Positions 9,751-18,809 of a DNA stretch of 34,800 bases are shown here, piece after piece (positions within the stretch are counted from its first letter, which is position 1; each line of letters opens with the position of its first letter). Under the pieces are notes generated by a model, which was given only the letters and a program-made list of their open reading frames with translations, ran no database searches and was not told where the DNA came from. Location: sequence record SRR22947727_800; one strand, 5' to 3'. Both the position numbers and the translations under genes were made by a program.

Positions 9751-10758
9751 TCAAATCCCAAGGCCCCATTGAAGGAGCGCTTGCGATTCGGTCCACACAT
9801 TAGGTGTTTTGCTGCCGAGCATGACCACGATCACACTTTTGTTTCCCACTTCTGCCGTCGATACCAGACAACGTCCGGCCGCGTTTGTGTATCCAGTTTT
9901 CGCACCGGTGCAGTAAGGAAATGTCCGCAAAATCTGGTTGGTATTGTGGATCGTTTTGGTTTGACCGCTCGCGAAGCGAAACGTCATCGACTTCGTCGAA
10001 ACCGCGTCTTGGATGAACCGATGGCGCATCGCGGCAGCGGCAAGGATCGATAAATCACGTGCCGTAGAAAATTGCCCGGGAGGGTCTGGCAGCCCACTCG
10101 CATTCGTGAAATACGAATTCCGCATTTCCAACTGTTTCGCTTTTTGGTTGGCTGCATGTGCAAAACCGGAGACGCTGCCGAATTGATCACGAGCCAGGCA
10201 ACGGGCGATGTCATTGCTGCTGCGAACCATTACCGCCTTCAAAAGCTCATCTTTCCGGTAAGTTTCTCCTACCTTGAGCCCCATGATGGTAGGTTCTGCC
10301 CAAGTATCCGATGCTTGAACGGTAATCGATTTGTTCATGTTCCCCGCCTCAACCATCATCAGTCCCAAAAGCAGCTTTTGCGTACTCGCGACCGGAACCC
10401 GCTGGTCGATGTTTTTTTCAAACAGGATCTTTCCGTTTCGGGAATTTACGACGATCGCCGCTTTTGCCGTCACGTTGGGAACATTTCGCGATCCGATCTG
10501 ATGATTCACCAATGTCGGCTGAGGAACCGCAGCAGGGGATGGATTTGCAGGCGAAGTAATGCCAGCTGGCGATGGGTTGAAAACTGCCGCTTCCGGTAAA
10601 TCGCCGCCAGCGTAGGGACTCTGTGTTGAATTGCAGCCAGTTGCCACTGTCGCTACGACCGCAAGCGTCACAAAAATGGATGCAATACGAGTCAATAGGG
10701 TTGGTTCATCAATCAAACCCTGTTGGTTCGTTTGGCGGCGTTTGATTTGAAATGACAT
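9751..10758 (-). CDS. D-alanyl-D-alanine carboxypeptidase (peptidase S11), probable lipoprotein
   Basis: SxxK (ASTQK), SxN (SSN), NASGL and KTG (AKTGYT) motifs; lipobox-like VATGC. Exact start uncertain. Confidence 0.9.
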   Translation of the reverse strand: MSFQIKRRQTNQQGLIDEPTLLTRIASIFVTLAVVATVATGCNSTQSPYAGGDLPEAAVFNPSPAGITSPANPSPAAVPQPTLVNHQIGSRNVPNVTAKAAIVVNSRNGKILFEKNIDQRVPVASTQKLLLGLMMVEAGNMNKSITVQASDTWAEPTIMGLKVGETYRKDELLKAVMVRSSNDIARCLARDQFGSVSGFAHAANQKAKQLEMRNSYFTNASGLPDPPGQFSTARDLSILAAAAMRHRFIQDAVSTKSMTFRFASGQTKTIHNTNQILRTFPYCTGAKTGYTNAAGRCLVSTAEVGNKSVIVVMLGSKTPNVWTESQALLQWGLGI

Positions 10759-10819
10759 CGATTTGGGAAAAGTGGTTTGGCGGAAGCCTTACGGAAGCCG
10801 ACTTTATCGCAGAAGTTTC

Positions 10820-11689
10820 CTACTTTGTCGATTTAGAAGCTTCCAACGCTGCAGCTTCGATTTCATTTTCCATCGCAGGATCCGGTTTAGCGCCCAAATC
10901 GATGGCTGTGTAATAATGACGACGGGCCAATTCGACCGCGACCGGAGTTTTGCGCAAATAGAGCAGCGCTAAGTTAAAATGAGCATCAGCAACCGTCGAA
11001 TCCAGGTGAATCGAGCGTTGCAGCTCCTTCTCAGCCGCGTCGGCCCAGCCATACTGTCCCACCACGACTCCCAAATAAAGATGAGCTCTTGCGTTTTCCG
11101 GCTCAAGGGCAATCGAGCGAGTCAGCGATGAAATCGCCATTTCCAGACCTCCTTCACGGAAGTGAACCAGACCAAGATTCAGCCAATTTTGCGCAATTTT
11201 TGGATTGATCCGCACTGCGGAATTAAACTGTTCGCGAGCGGCCGGATAGTCTTTCAAGCGATATTCCGCCATGCCTAAATTCGCCCGGGCCAATTCATTA
11301 TTTGGCAAAGCGGCAACCATTTTTTCATAAACCGCTTTGGCTTTTGTGAAATCACGCCCCGCCATTGCCATGGCACCTTCTTTTGCCAGAGGCTTTAGAT
11401 TCGCCGGCAAACTGGCACCAATGCTTTCGTCTAGCACCCCCAAATTTACGGTTCCAGGAGGGAACGCATTCTCAGTGGTAATGGCCTTTGCGTCTTTAGC
11501 AGGGCGCCGCGCGGACATCCGGAACTCACTGCCTTTTCCCTGTTCGGAATCGTCTTTTGGGTCTGTCGCTGTCTGCTTGTTCGGGAAAGAAACTTTCGGC
11601 GTTTGCGCGTGCGATTTGAAGCATAAGCCCGTAAACAAAACGACAGCAATGAGAGTTTTGAAATTGGAAATTCGAGGGCAAGTCAGCAT
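10820..11689 (-). CDS. Tetratricopeptide repeat protein, probably exported
   Basis: Repeated TPR helices (ARANLGMAEY, NWLNLGLVHF, AHLYLGVV, AHFNLALLY) after an N-terminal hydrophobic stretch; ATG 11689 chosen as start. Confidence 0.85.
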   Translation of the reverse strand: MLTCPRISNFKTLIAVVLFTGLCFKSHAQTPKVSFPNKQTATDPKDDSEQGKGSEFRMSARRPAKDAKAITTENAFPPGTVNLGVLDESIGASLPANLKPLAKEGAMAMAGRDFTKAKAVYEKMVAALPNNELARANLGMAEYRLKDYPAAREQFNSAVRINPKIAQNWLNLGLVHFREGGLEMAISSLTRSIALEPENARAHLYLGVVVGQYGWADAAEKELQRSIHLDSTVADAHFNLALLYLRKTPVAVELARRHYYTAIDLGAKPDPAMENEIEAAALEASKSTK

Positions 11690-11741
11690 AAAATTGAAAT
11701 AAACGGCATTTTTTGATTGCACACCACCCCAAATTGGGGTT

Positions 11742-11755
11742 TGTTCATTCGAACA
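11742..11755. promoter_or_regulatory. LexA (SOS) box TGTTC-N4-GAACA
   Basis: TGTTCATTCGAACA lies 9 bp upstream of the lexA ATG and matches the motif described for Verrucomicrobia LexA; an extra TGTTC half-site is at 11757-11761. Confidence 0.85.
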
Positions 11756-11764
11756 TTGTTCATT

Positions 11765-12385
11765 ATGACTGAATTAACCGATCGCCAACAACAGCTTCTC
11801 GACTTCCTGCATGCTGAACATCGTAGTTGCGGCATCATGCCGTCGACTCGTGAGATTCAGGAACACTTTGGGTTTGCCAGCCAAACCGCCGCCGTCAGCC
11901 ACTTGCGTGCGCTGGAAAAGAAGGGGGTCATTACTCGTCGACCGGGTAAAGCTCGAGCGCTCGAATTTGCAGATGCGCCAGACCGTGAGCCGATCGTGGA
12001 CATCCCGATTTATGGAATGATTCCTGCCGGTTATGCTGAAGGTGTCATGCCTGAGCCTGAAGGTTGCATCACAGTCGATACCCGCTCGATGGGGGTCACG
12101 CCGACCACGAAAACTTTTGCAGTAAGAGTTCGGGGAGATTCAATGATCGATGCGCACATCATGGAGGGTGATCACGTTATTTTAGAAAATCGTCCTCCCC
12201 GCGATCACGACATTGTGGCTGCGTTGATTGACGAAGAAACCACGTTGAAGCGCTACATTGTTGATGGTCGGAAGCCATTTCTCCGTGCGGAGAACGAAGC
12301 GTATCCCGATTTAATTCCGATGAATGAACTCAAAGTTCAGGGCGTCATGGTTGGATTGGTTCGCGGAGCGACCCGTCGCTGGTAG
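11765..12385 (+). CDS. lexA: SOS repressor LexA
   Basis: LTDRQQQLLDFL...PSTREIQEHFGF HTH, Ala-Gly cleavage site (IPAG), catalytic Ser (GDSM) and Lys (TTLKR). Confidence 0.97.
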   Translation: MTELTDRQQQLLDFLHAEHRSCGIMPSTREIQEHFGFASQTAAVSHLRALEKKGVITRRPGKARALEFADAPDREPIVDIPIYGMIPAGYAEGVMPEPEGCITVDTRSMGVTPTTKTFAVRVRGDSMIDAHIMEGDHVILENRPPRDHDIVAALIDEETTLKRYIVDGRKPFLRAENEAYPDLIPMNELKVQGVMVGLVRGATRRW

Positions 12386-12426
12386 TCAGGAACTTGGAAT
12401 CAAGACCTCAAAAATCGCCATAATTT

Positions 12427-12480
12427 GGCGTGGACATCGTTAGTCGTCGGCTTTCCAGAGTCCGATGTCCGATGTCCGCC
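12427..12480. terminator. Hairpin between convergent lexA and rlmD-like genes, containing a 7-bp tandem (TCCGATG)
   Basis: GGACATCG at 12432-12439 pairs with CGATGTCC (12463-12470 or 12470-12477); no clear U-tract. Confidence 0.35.
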
Positions 12481-12484
12481 CACC

Positions 12485-13723
12485 TCACTTCCGCTCCAGC
12501 GTAATCACGCACTCAAGATGTCGAGTTTGCGGAAACAAATCAAACGGCTGAACCCGCGTGATTTTATAGCGTTTGTTCAATTCAACAAGGTCACGAGCCT
12601 GCGTTGCGGGGTTGCATGAAACGTAAACCACGCGCTTGGGTGCAAATTCGACCAGCTGCTTGAGGAATTCTGGGGTGCTGCCTTTTCGCGGGGGATCGAT
12701 GATAACCGATGTTTTCGAAGGATCGAGATCCGTCACGTTTTCAAAAATATTTGCCGCATCGCCCTGAATAAATTCTGCATTCTCGATGTTGTTCAAACTG
12801 GCGTTCCGTTTTGCCCAAAAGATCGCGGGATCGCTGACTTCGATTCCGATAACGCGGTCGAATCGTTTCGCGGCAGTTAACGAAAATAGACCGGATCCAC
12901 AATACGCATCGACCAGCTGAGTGATGCCTGGAATGGCCACTTCCTCGGCAACGTAGTCGACAAAGGCGGGAAGAATGCGCGGGTTGTTTTGGAAAAACTC
13001 ACCGGCGTGAAATTCAAATTTCACATCGCCCACTGTTTCTTCAGCAACATCTTTCGGATCCACACAGACATGACCGGGCTTTTCGGTGGAGTCTCGCAAC
13101 AGAAGGCTGGCTCCTTTTTTGTAGCTGAGGGCGTTGGCGTGGACTTCCTTTCTAAGTTCGGGGAGTCGTTGATTGATCGAATCGGATGCAATCGGGCAGT
13201 GTGTTACATCCAGAATTTGCTGGCGACGGGCAAGGCGAAGGAATCCGATCTCACTGATTTCGCCATTGCGAGGGCGGTGGAAATGCGGTGTTATTTTTGA
13301 TCGGTAGCCGTATTGGACAGGCGATGGAATCGGCGGCGAAATTTCGGTTTCGACTCCGGCCAGTTTTTGCAGAACCTCCTGAACGTGTTTCGTTTTCCAT
13401 TCCAGCTGCATGTCATAGCCAATGTGCTGGTATTGGCAGCCGCCGCATTCACCAAACAAAGGGCACTTTGGCTCAATCCGGCTTGGAGAAGGTTCTAGAA
13501 TTTCGACTAGGTCAGCATCTGAAAAATTCGGCATGTTCCGGAAAATCCGGACGCGCACTTTTTCACCGGGAATTGCGAAAGGAACAAACACAACCCAGTT
13601 GTCTTCGCCGTATCGCCCCACGCCTTGACCGAGGTTGGTCAGCGAATCGATCGTGATTTCGATTTCCTGATGGTAATCGAAGGGAACTGGATGGAATTTT
13701 TTCGGAGGACTAGGCTGCGACAT
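12485..13723 (-). CDS. rlmD: RNA (uracil-5)-methyltransferase, RlmD/TrmA family, with TRAM domain
   Basis: TRAM N-terminus (FVPFAIPGEKV), Fe-S motif CPLFGECGGC, FFQNN, DAYCGSG, DPPRKG, YVSCNP and DLFPQTRHLE. Confidence 0.88.
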   Translation of the reverse strand: MSQPSPPKKFHPVPFDYHQEIEITIDSLTNLGQGVGRYGEDNWVVFVPFAIPGEKVRVRIFRNMPNFSDADLVEILEPSPSRIEPKCPLFGECGGCQYQHIGYDMQLEWKTKHVQEVLQKLAGVETEISPPIPSPVQYGYRSKITPHFHRPRNGEISEIGFLRLARRQQILDVTHCPIASDSINQRLPELRKEVHANALSYKKGASLLLRDSTEKPGHVCVDPKDVAEETVGDVKFEFHAGEFFQNNPRILPAFVDYVAEEVAIPGITQLVDAYCGSGLFSLTAAKRFDRVIGIEVSDPAIFWAKRNASLNNIENAEFIQGDAANIFENVTDLDPSKTSVIIDPPRKGSTPEFLKQLVEFAPKRVVYVSCNPATQARDLVELNKRYKITRVQPFDLFPQTRHLECVITLERK

Positions 13724-13767
13724 TGGGGAGACTCTGGACAGAAATCGCGAAATTTACAGAGATAAAA

Positions 13768-14889
13768 TCACTGGATTGTCGCTCGCAACGTCATCGAACC
13801 TCCGCTTCCACCTGTTGAAGTGAATGCGCTCCCGCCAGTTGTCCCGAAAAACGCCGAATTAAACTCCGAAGACGCATTCGAAAAACTTCCGATCGTGATA
13901 GTGGCTCCGCTTTTGACGGTCACAGTTGTCTTCAACCGAGTGTAGCTCACGTATTGATCAGCCTCGGTTAGGTGAGAGTTGATTGCCCGGTTTTGGACCT
14001 TCTGTGGGTCAACAATCACAATTGCCGAAACCTGCGGAATCACTTCAATCGTGATGAGGTCGCCCTGCACCGTTGGCCGCACCAACAGCTGTGTCCCTGC
14101 TTTTTCCCACCGAAATTCAGGCACTTTGAATTCGCCACCCAGAAAAATCTGCTGATTGAAATTTCCCGGCCCACGAATCAAAGGCGGCCCTTGGTTTCCC
14201 GCCGTGAATTGCGTAAAAAAATCGACTAGAGGAACTTCGCGGACAACTTCAAGCGTTCCAGTCCCGCCACTTTGAATCAGAATGAAACTCTTGTTCAGGC
14301 TGGAGGAGGTATTGCGCTGTTGGGTGATCCCGACATCAACTCCGCCTCGGGGCATGATGATATTCCCATTATTTGTCTGGATGGGACGACCGATTGGCCT
14401 CCCGTCAGCTGTGTTTTGGTGAATGATGCCGGGAGTTGTCGTCCCGTTTTGTCGAAACGGCTGATTGGTTCCACCGAAAACCCGCCCGCCTGAATTGACT
14501 CGCGGCGCTATATCAATCGTGCCTCCGCGCAGGTTGTTTCCGCTGATCGACATCGCCGTCACCTCGATTTTTACATTCACTGGTTTCTCGCCAAGCCTAG
14601 CCATGAACGCAGTCATCGCTTTGATATTTTCCGCAGTATCAACCACTCGAACGACACGCCGTGACGAAAGGATTACATACTTTCCACCCTCGCTCTTGAG
14701 TTCTTCGACCGTTTGTTTGACCCGACCGAAAACGGCAAACCCCGAAGGAATGTCTTTGCGAGTCATCCCCGGCGGAATGGTTTGAGTCGCTCTGACAGCT
14801 TCGACAAGCGGATTTTGCGCAGCGGCATCAGGAACTCCCGTGAGGGCGACAACTAAAGCAACGAACGAACCCGCAAATAACCGCTTCAT
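13768..14889 (-). CDS. Small secretin-like (type II/III secretion system domain) exported protein
   Basis: Signal peptide; VVDTAENIKAM...PVNVKIEV N-domain-like segment; GTQLLVRPTVQGDLITIEVIPQVS and LKTTVTVKSGATITIG, which resemble the secretin barrel. Confidence 0.65.
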   Translation of the reverse strand: MKRLFAGSFVALVVALTGVPDAAAQNPLVEAVRATQTIPPGMTRKDIPSGFAVFGRVKQTVEELKSEGGKYVILSSRRVVRVVDTAENIKAMTAFMARLGEKPVNVKIEVTAMSISGNNLRGGTIDIAPRVNSGGRVFGGTNQPFRQNGTTTPGIIHQNTADGRPIGRPIQTNNGNIIMPRGGVDVGITQQRNTSSSLNKSFILIQSGGTGTLEVVREVPLVDFFTQFTAGNQGPPLIRGPGNFNQQIFLGGEFKVPEFRWEKAGTQLLVRPTVQGDLITIEVIPQVSAIVIVDPQKVQNRAINSHLTEADQYVSYTRLKTTVTVKSGATITIGSFSNASSEFNSAFFGTTGGSAFTSTGGSGGSMTLRATIQ

Positions 14890-14954
14890 AGTAAATTAAA
14901 CATGCCTTGAGTTTGAAAGTTGCGCCAACGATTTCGGTGGTGTTTGATCTCGCC

Positions 14955-15332
14955 ATGACATTGATCAATTCTCCCGAAGCTCCCGCTGCCGTTGGCCCTT
15001 ATTCACACGCTGCCCGTGTCGGTGATGTGTTGTTTTGTTCCGGCCAAATTCCGCTCGATCCGGAATCCATGAAGATCGTCGAAGGTGGGATCGAAGCGCA
15101 AACCAAACAGGTCATCACAAACATCAAGGCGCTTCTCGCCACGGTTGACTCAACGCTCGACGACGTCGCCAAGTGCACGATTTTCCTGACCGACTTGGGT
15201 GACTTCGCCGCCGTGAACGCTCTTTATGCAGAAGCATTTGGTGAACACAAGCCCGCGCGCTCAACGATCCAGGTAGCCGCGTTGCCTCTCGGATCCAACG
15301 TCGAAATCGAGTGTATTGTTGAGCTGTCGTAA
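14955..15332 (+). CDS. RidA family reactive intermediate deaminase
   Basis: APAAVGPYSHA, LFCSGQIPLDP, PARSTIQVAALP and VEIECI; ATG 14955. Confidence 0.95.
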   Translation: MTLINSPEAPAAVGPYSHAARVGDVLFCSGQIPLDPESMKIVEGGIEAQTKQVITNIKALLATVDSTLDDVAKCTIFLTDLGDFAAVNALYAEAFGEHKPARSTIQVAALPLGSNVEIECIVELS

Positions 15333-15336
15333 GACA

Positions 15337-17085
15337 TCAGTCGACTTGATTGAGTTCAACTGAGTGAACGTCGATTGCCTGACCGCCCACGATTCCGTGC
15401 GCGGTTAGTCGCAAAATGCCCCGCCCTTTATTCAAGCTGATTTCACCGAGGGACAGTGGCTTAAAGTCTTTCACAAAGTAATGCGATTCCTCGACACGTT
15501 CTTTTGATTTGTCGTAAAGCGGCGGATCAAAGGCTTCGGTCACTTTTGATTCAGCAAAACTCTCGGTGTCATCAATCTCCAATCGAATGGTCGTGCCAAC
15601 GTTTCCCCCTGCGCAGGTGTAGTGGAGAATCGCTTCGTATTTCCCCGTGGTGCCAACTTCGATGTCCCACGTGATGGAATCGGCATCGCTCGTCCAGTTT
15701 TTGAAAAATGAATTGTTCGGAGCTTTTGAACTGCGCTGAATCGTTTCGTGAGGAATCCCATCGCGAGCGGGGAGGGTAGTCAGTTTTGAAAATCCAACGG
15801 TGAAGGGACGCGCTTTATTCTTTTCGAAATAGGTTTGCATCTCCACTTGATGAGCTAAAGCTGCGGCTTTGAGGCGAGCTGTTTCCTCGGGATGATTTTT
15901 AGAAACATCCGTGAGCTGACCTCGATCGTTTCTGATGTCGAAAAGCATTCCAGTCGCATCAAGCCTGAATTTCGAACCCCGAACGCTGACTCTCTTTTTT
16001 TGAATTGAAAAAATGAGGCGATCAGAGGTTTCTGAATTGTTCCCGAGGAACAGTGAATCCAGATTAAGTCCATCAAGTGGTTTTGCTGTTTTCGGCAGGG
16101 TTCCAGTCAGGCTGGCTAGAGTTGGCAGTAAATCGATCCCACTGGCAATCTCTGAAATCTTTCGCTCAGCCTCGATCTTTCCGAGCCACCGAATGAAAAA
16201 CGGAGATCGCAATCCGCCTTCGTCGATCGATCCTTTTTTGCCTTTCATCCCACCGTTCCAGCGATAGGAATTGGGGCCGTTGTCTGAAAAATAAATGACA
16301 ATCGTGTCGTCGCGGAGCTTTAACTCATCAAGCTTCTTCAAAACGCGACCGACGTTCCAATCAATGTTTTCGCACATCGCGAGAGCGGCTCGCGTCATCA
16401 AATCGTCTTCCTTTTCAGGATCACGATTTCGCATTTTTGGATCAACGCCTTTGAATTTCTCGTAGAAATTGTCGTCGATCATCATCGGCGAGTGCGGCGT
16501 GTTGTAAGGCAAATAACAGAAAAATGGTTGGTCTGCATTCTTCTCGATGAAGGCCATCGCGTGATCGGTGAAATCATCGACGACGTAGCCTTTGCCGCGA
16601 ACTTTCGTTCTGTTGTGATCCAGTGGTGGACTGAAATAATGGCCCCAATGACCGGAGGTGAAGCCGTAGTATTCGTCGAACCCGCGATCGTTTGGATGAT
16701 ACGGAGATTGGGTCCCGTTGTGCCATTTTCCGAAAGCACCCGTCGCGTATCCGTTCGCTTTCAAAAGGTCAGCAATGGTCGTTTCGTCAGGATTGAGCCG
16801 CTCTTCCCCTCGACTAACGCCGCTGACTCCCGTTCGTGGATAGTAACGGCCAGTTAGGAATTCGGCTCGGGTTGGAGAACAGACCTGACAGACATAAAAG
16901 TTCTCCAGCGATGCCCCGTCTTTTGCAAGCGAGTCGATGTTCGGCGTCGCAAGATTTGTATTTCCGCTCACGCTGAGATCGCCCCAGCCTTGGTCATCGG
17001 TCAGGAAAATGACGACGTTTGGTTTGCGTTCAGCCGCCGTCGCGACGCTGGCCGCCGCAATCAAAAGGCTGAGAAAAATCCGCAT
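15337..17085 (-). CDS. Arylsulfatase (Cys-type, formylglycine-dependent) with a C-terminal beta-sandwich extension
   Basis: PNVVIFLTDDQGWGD, CSPTRAEFLTGRY, FGKWH and YFSDNG; signal peptide. Confidence 0.95.
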   Translation of the reverse strand: MRIFLSLLIAAASVATAAERKPNVVIFLTDDQGWGDLSVSGNTNLATPNIDSLAKDGASLENFYVCQVCSPTRAEFLTGRYYPRTGVSGVSRGEERLNPDETTIADLLKANGYATGAFGKWHNGTQSPYHPNDRGFDEYYGFTSGHWGHYFSPPLDHNRTKVRGKGYVVDDFTDHAMAFIEKNADQPFFCYLPYNTPHSPMMIDDNFYEKFKGVDPKMRNRDPEKEDDLMTRAALAMCENIDWNVGRVLKKLDELKLRDDTIVIYFSDNGPNSYRWNGGMKGKKGSIDEGGLRSPFFIRWLGKIEAERKISEIASGIDLLPTLASLTGTLPKTAKPLDGLNLDSLFLGNNSETSDRLIFSIQKKRVSVRGSKFRLDATGMLFDIRNDRGQLTDVSKNHPEETARLKAAALAHQVEMQTYFEKNKARPFTVGFSKLTTLPARDGIPHETIQRSSKAPNNSFFKNWTSDADSITWDIEVGTTGKYEAILHYTCAGGNVGTTIRLEIDDTESFAESKVTEAFDPPLYDKSKERVEESHYFVKDFKPLSLGEISLNKGRGILRLTAHGIVGGQAIDVHSVELNQVD

Positions 17086-17094
17086 CGGAGAAAA

Positions 17095-17144
17095 AACGAA
17101 ACAACAGGGTCTGTTCGATGAACGTACCCTTTTCGTTCGGAAAA
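17095..17144. repeat. Inverted pair of the ~22-bp dispersed repeat, copy 1
   Basis: CGAAACAACAGGGTCTGTT (17097-17115) is identical to 24679-24697; it is followed by C-GAT and an opposed GAACGTACCCT... unit. Confidence 0.75.
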
Positions 17145-17147
17145 TGG

Positions 17148-18176
17148 TTACTCAGCCTTGTGGTGTTTTGCGAAGTGCTCGCCTAAAACATCGTTGCCAA
17201 AGTCTCCGTTAAAATCGCGCCAGACTGCGTGAACGTGATTCGCGCCGTTCTGAGTGTTGGCGTATTCGAGAATGAATGTTGGGCCTTGGACTCGGTAATA
17301 ATGCGGCTCTTTCACCTCAGTTCCGCCGGCCCAGGCGAAGACGATTTTGTCGAGTCCGGCAGCTTCGATGTCATTCATGTCATCAGCGGCGACGTCGGGG
17401 CGAAGACGATTCACGTAAACGTCGATCAGGGCGTGGAGTTTCTTTTTCTGGTCGTCGTTTAGCTTCCCGTAAGGCAAACCGGCTTCGCCGAGTGAGGCGA
17501 CTTTCCGCTCAGCGGCGGTGAGAATATCGCGTGGGGCTTTGGCTTCGATGATGGCGACTTTTTTCTGATCGTCGTCGAGCGATTGCACGAGGGCGCGAGC
17601 AACGTCTTCCTCTTCCGCCAAAACGCGAAGCCCTTTGCGGGGGCCGTCTGGCACTTCCGCGGGATTCGACGCAAAAAACACGGGTGTTCCAGCAACCACT
17701 TTTCCGTCGGCGATGGTGAAATTCATCGAAATGTGGTGGCCCTCAACACGCCAACCCCAAGCTTTATCGCCAGGAGTTCCGAAGATCGACACGTAATACA
17801 TTTCAGGGTTCCGTTTGTCTGCTTTCTCGATTTCGAAAAGCACCTGCTCCAACGTCATGATGTTCAGGGCTTTCACATAGGCGTCGTGGCTGAGGCCTGT
17901 GCTGAGAAGTGCAAGCGCAAGCAAACTCTGATCGTGACGCATTTCTTTAATCGGAAGTCCGCCGCGTTTTCCTTCGCCTTCAAACGGTTTGGGGATGAAA
18001 TGCCAGTTTTCTCGGTCTTCGTCTTTGATTTTAAAGGTGGCTTTAGCGCGTTGCTCGTCGTCGAGATTTTGGAGGAAACCCGCGGCGGCCTTTGCCATAT
18101 CGTCAGCGGTATCGTGCGCGAAAATCGGGCCGGAGACGAGCGCCGCGAAAAGTAGTATTGAGAGCAGTTTCTTCAT
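17148..18176 (-). CDS. DUF3500 domain protein
   Basis: RENWHFIP, YYVSIFGTP, WGWRVEGHHISMNFT, HYYRVQGP and NHVHAVWRDFNGDFG; signal peptide from ATG 18176. Confidence 0.9.
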   Translation of the reverse strand: MKKLLSILLFAALVSGPIFAHDTADDMAKAAAGFLQNLDDEQRAKATFKIKDEDRENWHFIPKPFEGEGKRGGLPIKEMRHDQSLLALALLSTGLSHDAYVKALNIMTLEQVLFEIEKADKRNPEMYYVSIFGTPGDKAWGWRVEGHHISMNFTIADGKVVAGTPVFFASNPAEVPDGPRKGLRVLAEEEDVARALVQSLDDDQKKVAIIEAKAPRDILTAAERKVASLGEAGLPYGKLNDDQKKKLHALIDVYVNRLRPDVAADDMNDIEAAGLDKIVFAWAGGTEVKEPHYYRVQGPTFILEYANTQNGANHVHAVWRDFNGDFGNDVLGEHFAKHHKAE

Positions 18177-18230
18177 GAAGTCAGATTGAAGCGGTTTGAG
18201 TAAAAAGGGCAAGGGCGCGATTAGGTCCGA

Positions 18231-18809
18231 CTATTCGGAAAGCCGCTGATTTCGTTGTTCGATTTCCGGTGCAGTCAGGGCCCGATCGTAAAAGGCGATG
18301 GCGTAAAATTGCCCCTGCCAATCGCGACTGCCACCAGACCATTCATCCCCGAGTATCAGACCCTGGCCGTCGCTGTTCCAATTCGAAAAATCGCCGCTGA
18401 CTTTGTTGGACTTCATGACTGGTTTACCATTCTGATAAAAAACGAGCGAACCTTGTTGGTATGTCAAACAGACCCTGTTGATTCGTGATTGAGCAACTTT
18501 GCCCAACGTGACTTCCGGTTTGGAACCGTTCTCGCCGGTTTTGGGGGTGCGAAGTCGCAACGTCAGATTTTGGCCTTCCTGTCCGAGGGGGAAATTCCTT
18601 ACGTAAGGATCTTTGGAAAACGAGACAATTCGAGCGGGACCTTTTTGGGCGATGTTGTCGGTGGCGAAAACGAGTTCGATGGTGAATGCGTTCGATTTTT
18701 TGCACGCTTCGAGGAGCGGACTGGAAACGCCGTTCAGGGCAAATCCACCGCCGGAAACATCCATTGCGCCGGTTGTCGTGATCATGGCGTCGCCCCGTGC
18801 TTCGAGTTT
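18231..18809 (-). CDS. LamG/concanavalin A-like lectin domain, probably the displaced C-terminus of the upstream gene
   Basis: ACKKSNAFTIELV...QKGPARIVSFS...RLRT...LGDEW...WQGQFYAIAFYDRALT; the frame stays open upstream to 18893; no signal peptide. Confidence 0.75.
   Translation of the reverse strand, partial: KLEARGDAMITTTGAMDVSGGGFALNGVSSPLLEACKKSNAFTIELVFATDNIAQKGPARIVSFSKDPYVRNFPLGQEGQNLTLRLRTPKTGENGSKPEVTLGKVAQSRINRVCLTYQQGSLVFYQNGKPVMKSNKVSGDFSNWNSDGQGLILGDEWSGGSRDWQGQFYAIAFYDRALTAPEIEQRNQRLSE

Noticed and set aside
17112-17124. TGTTC-GAT-GAACG as a second LexA box (similar at 29167-29179)
   Set aside because: The spacer is 3 bp rather than 4; it is the centre of the dispersed repeat and is not next to DNA repair genes.
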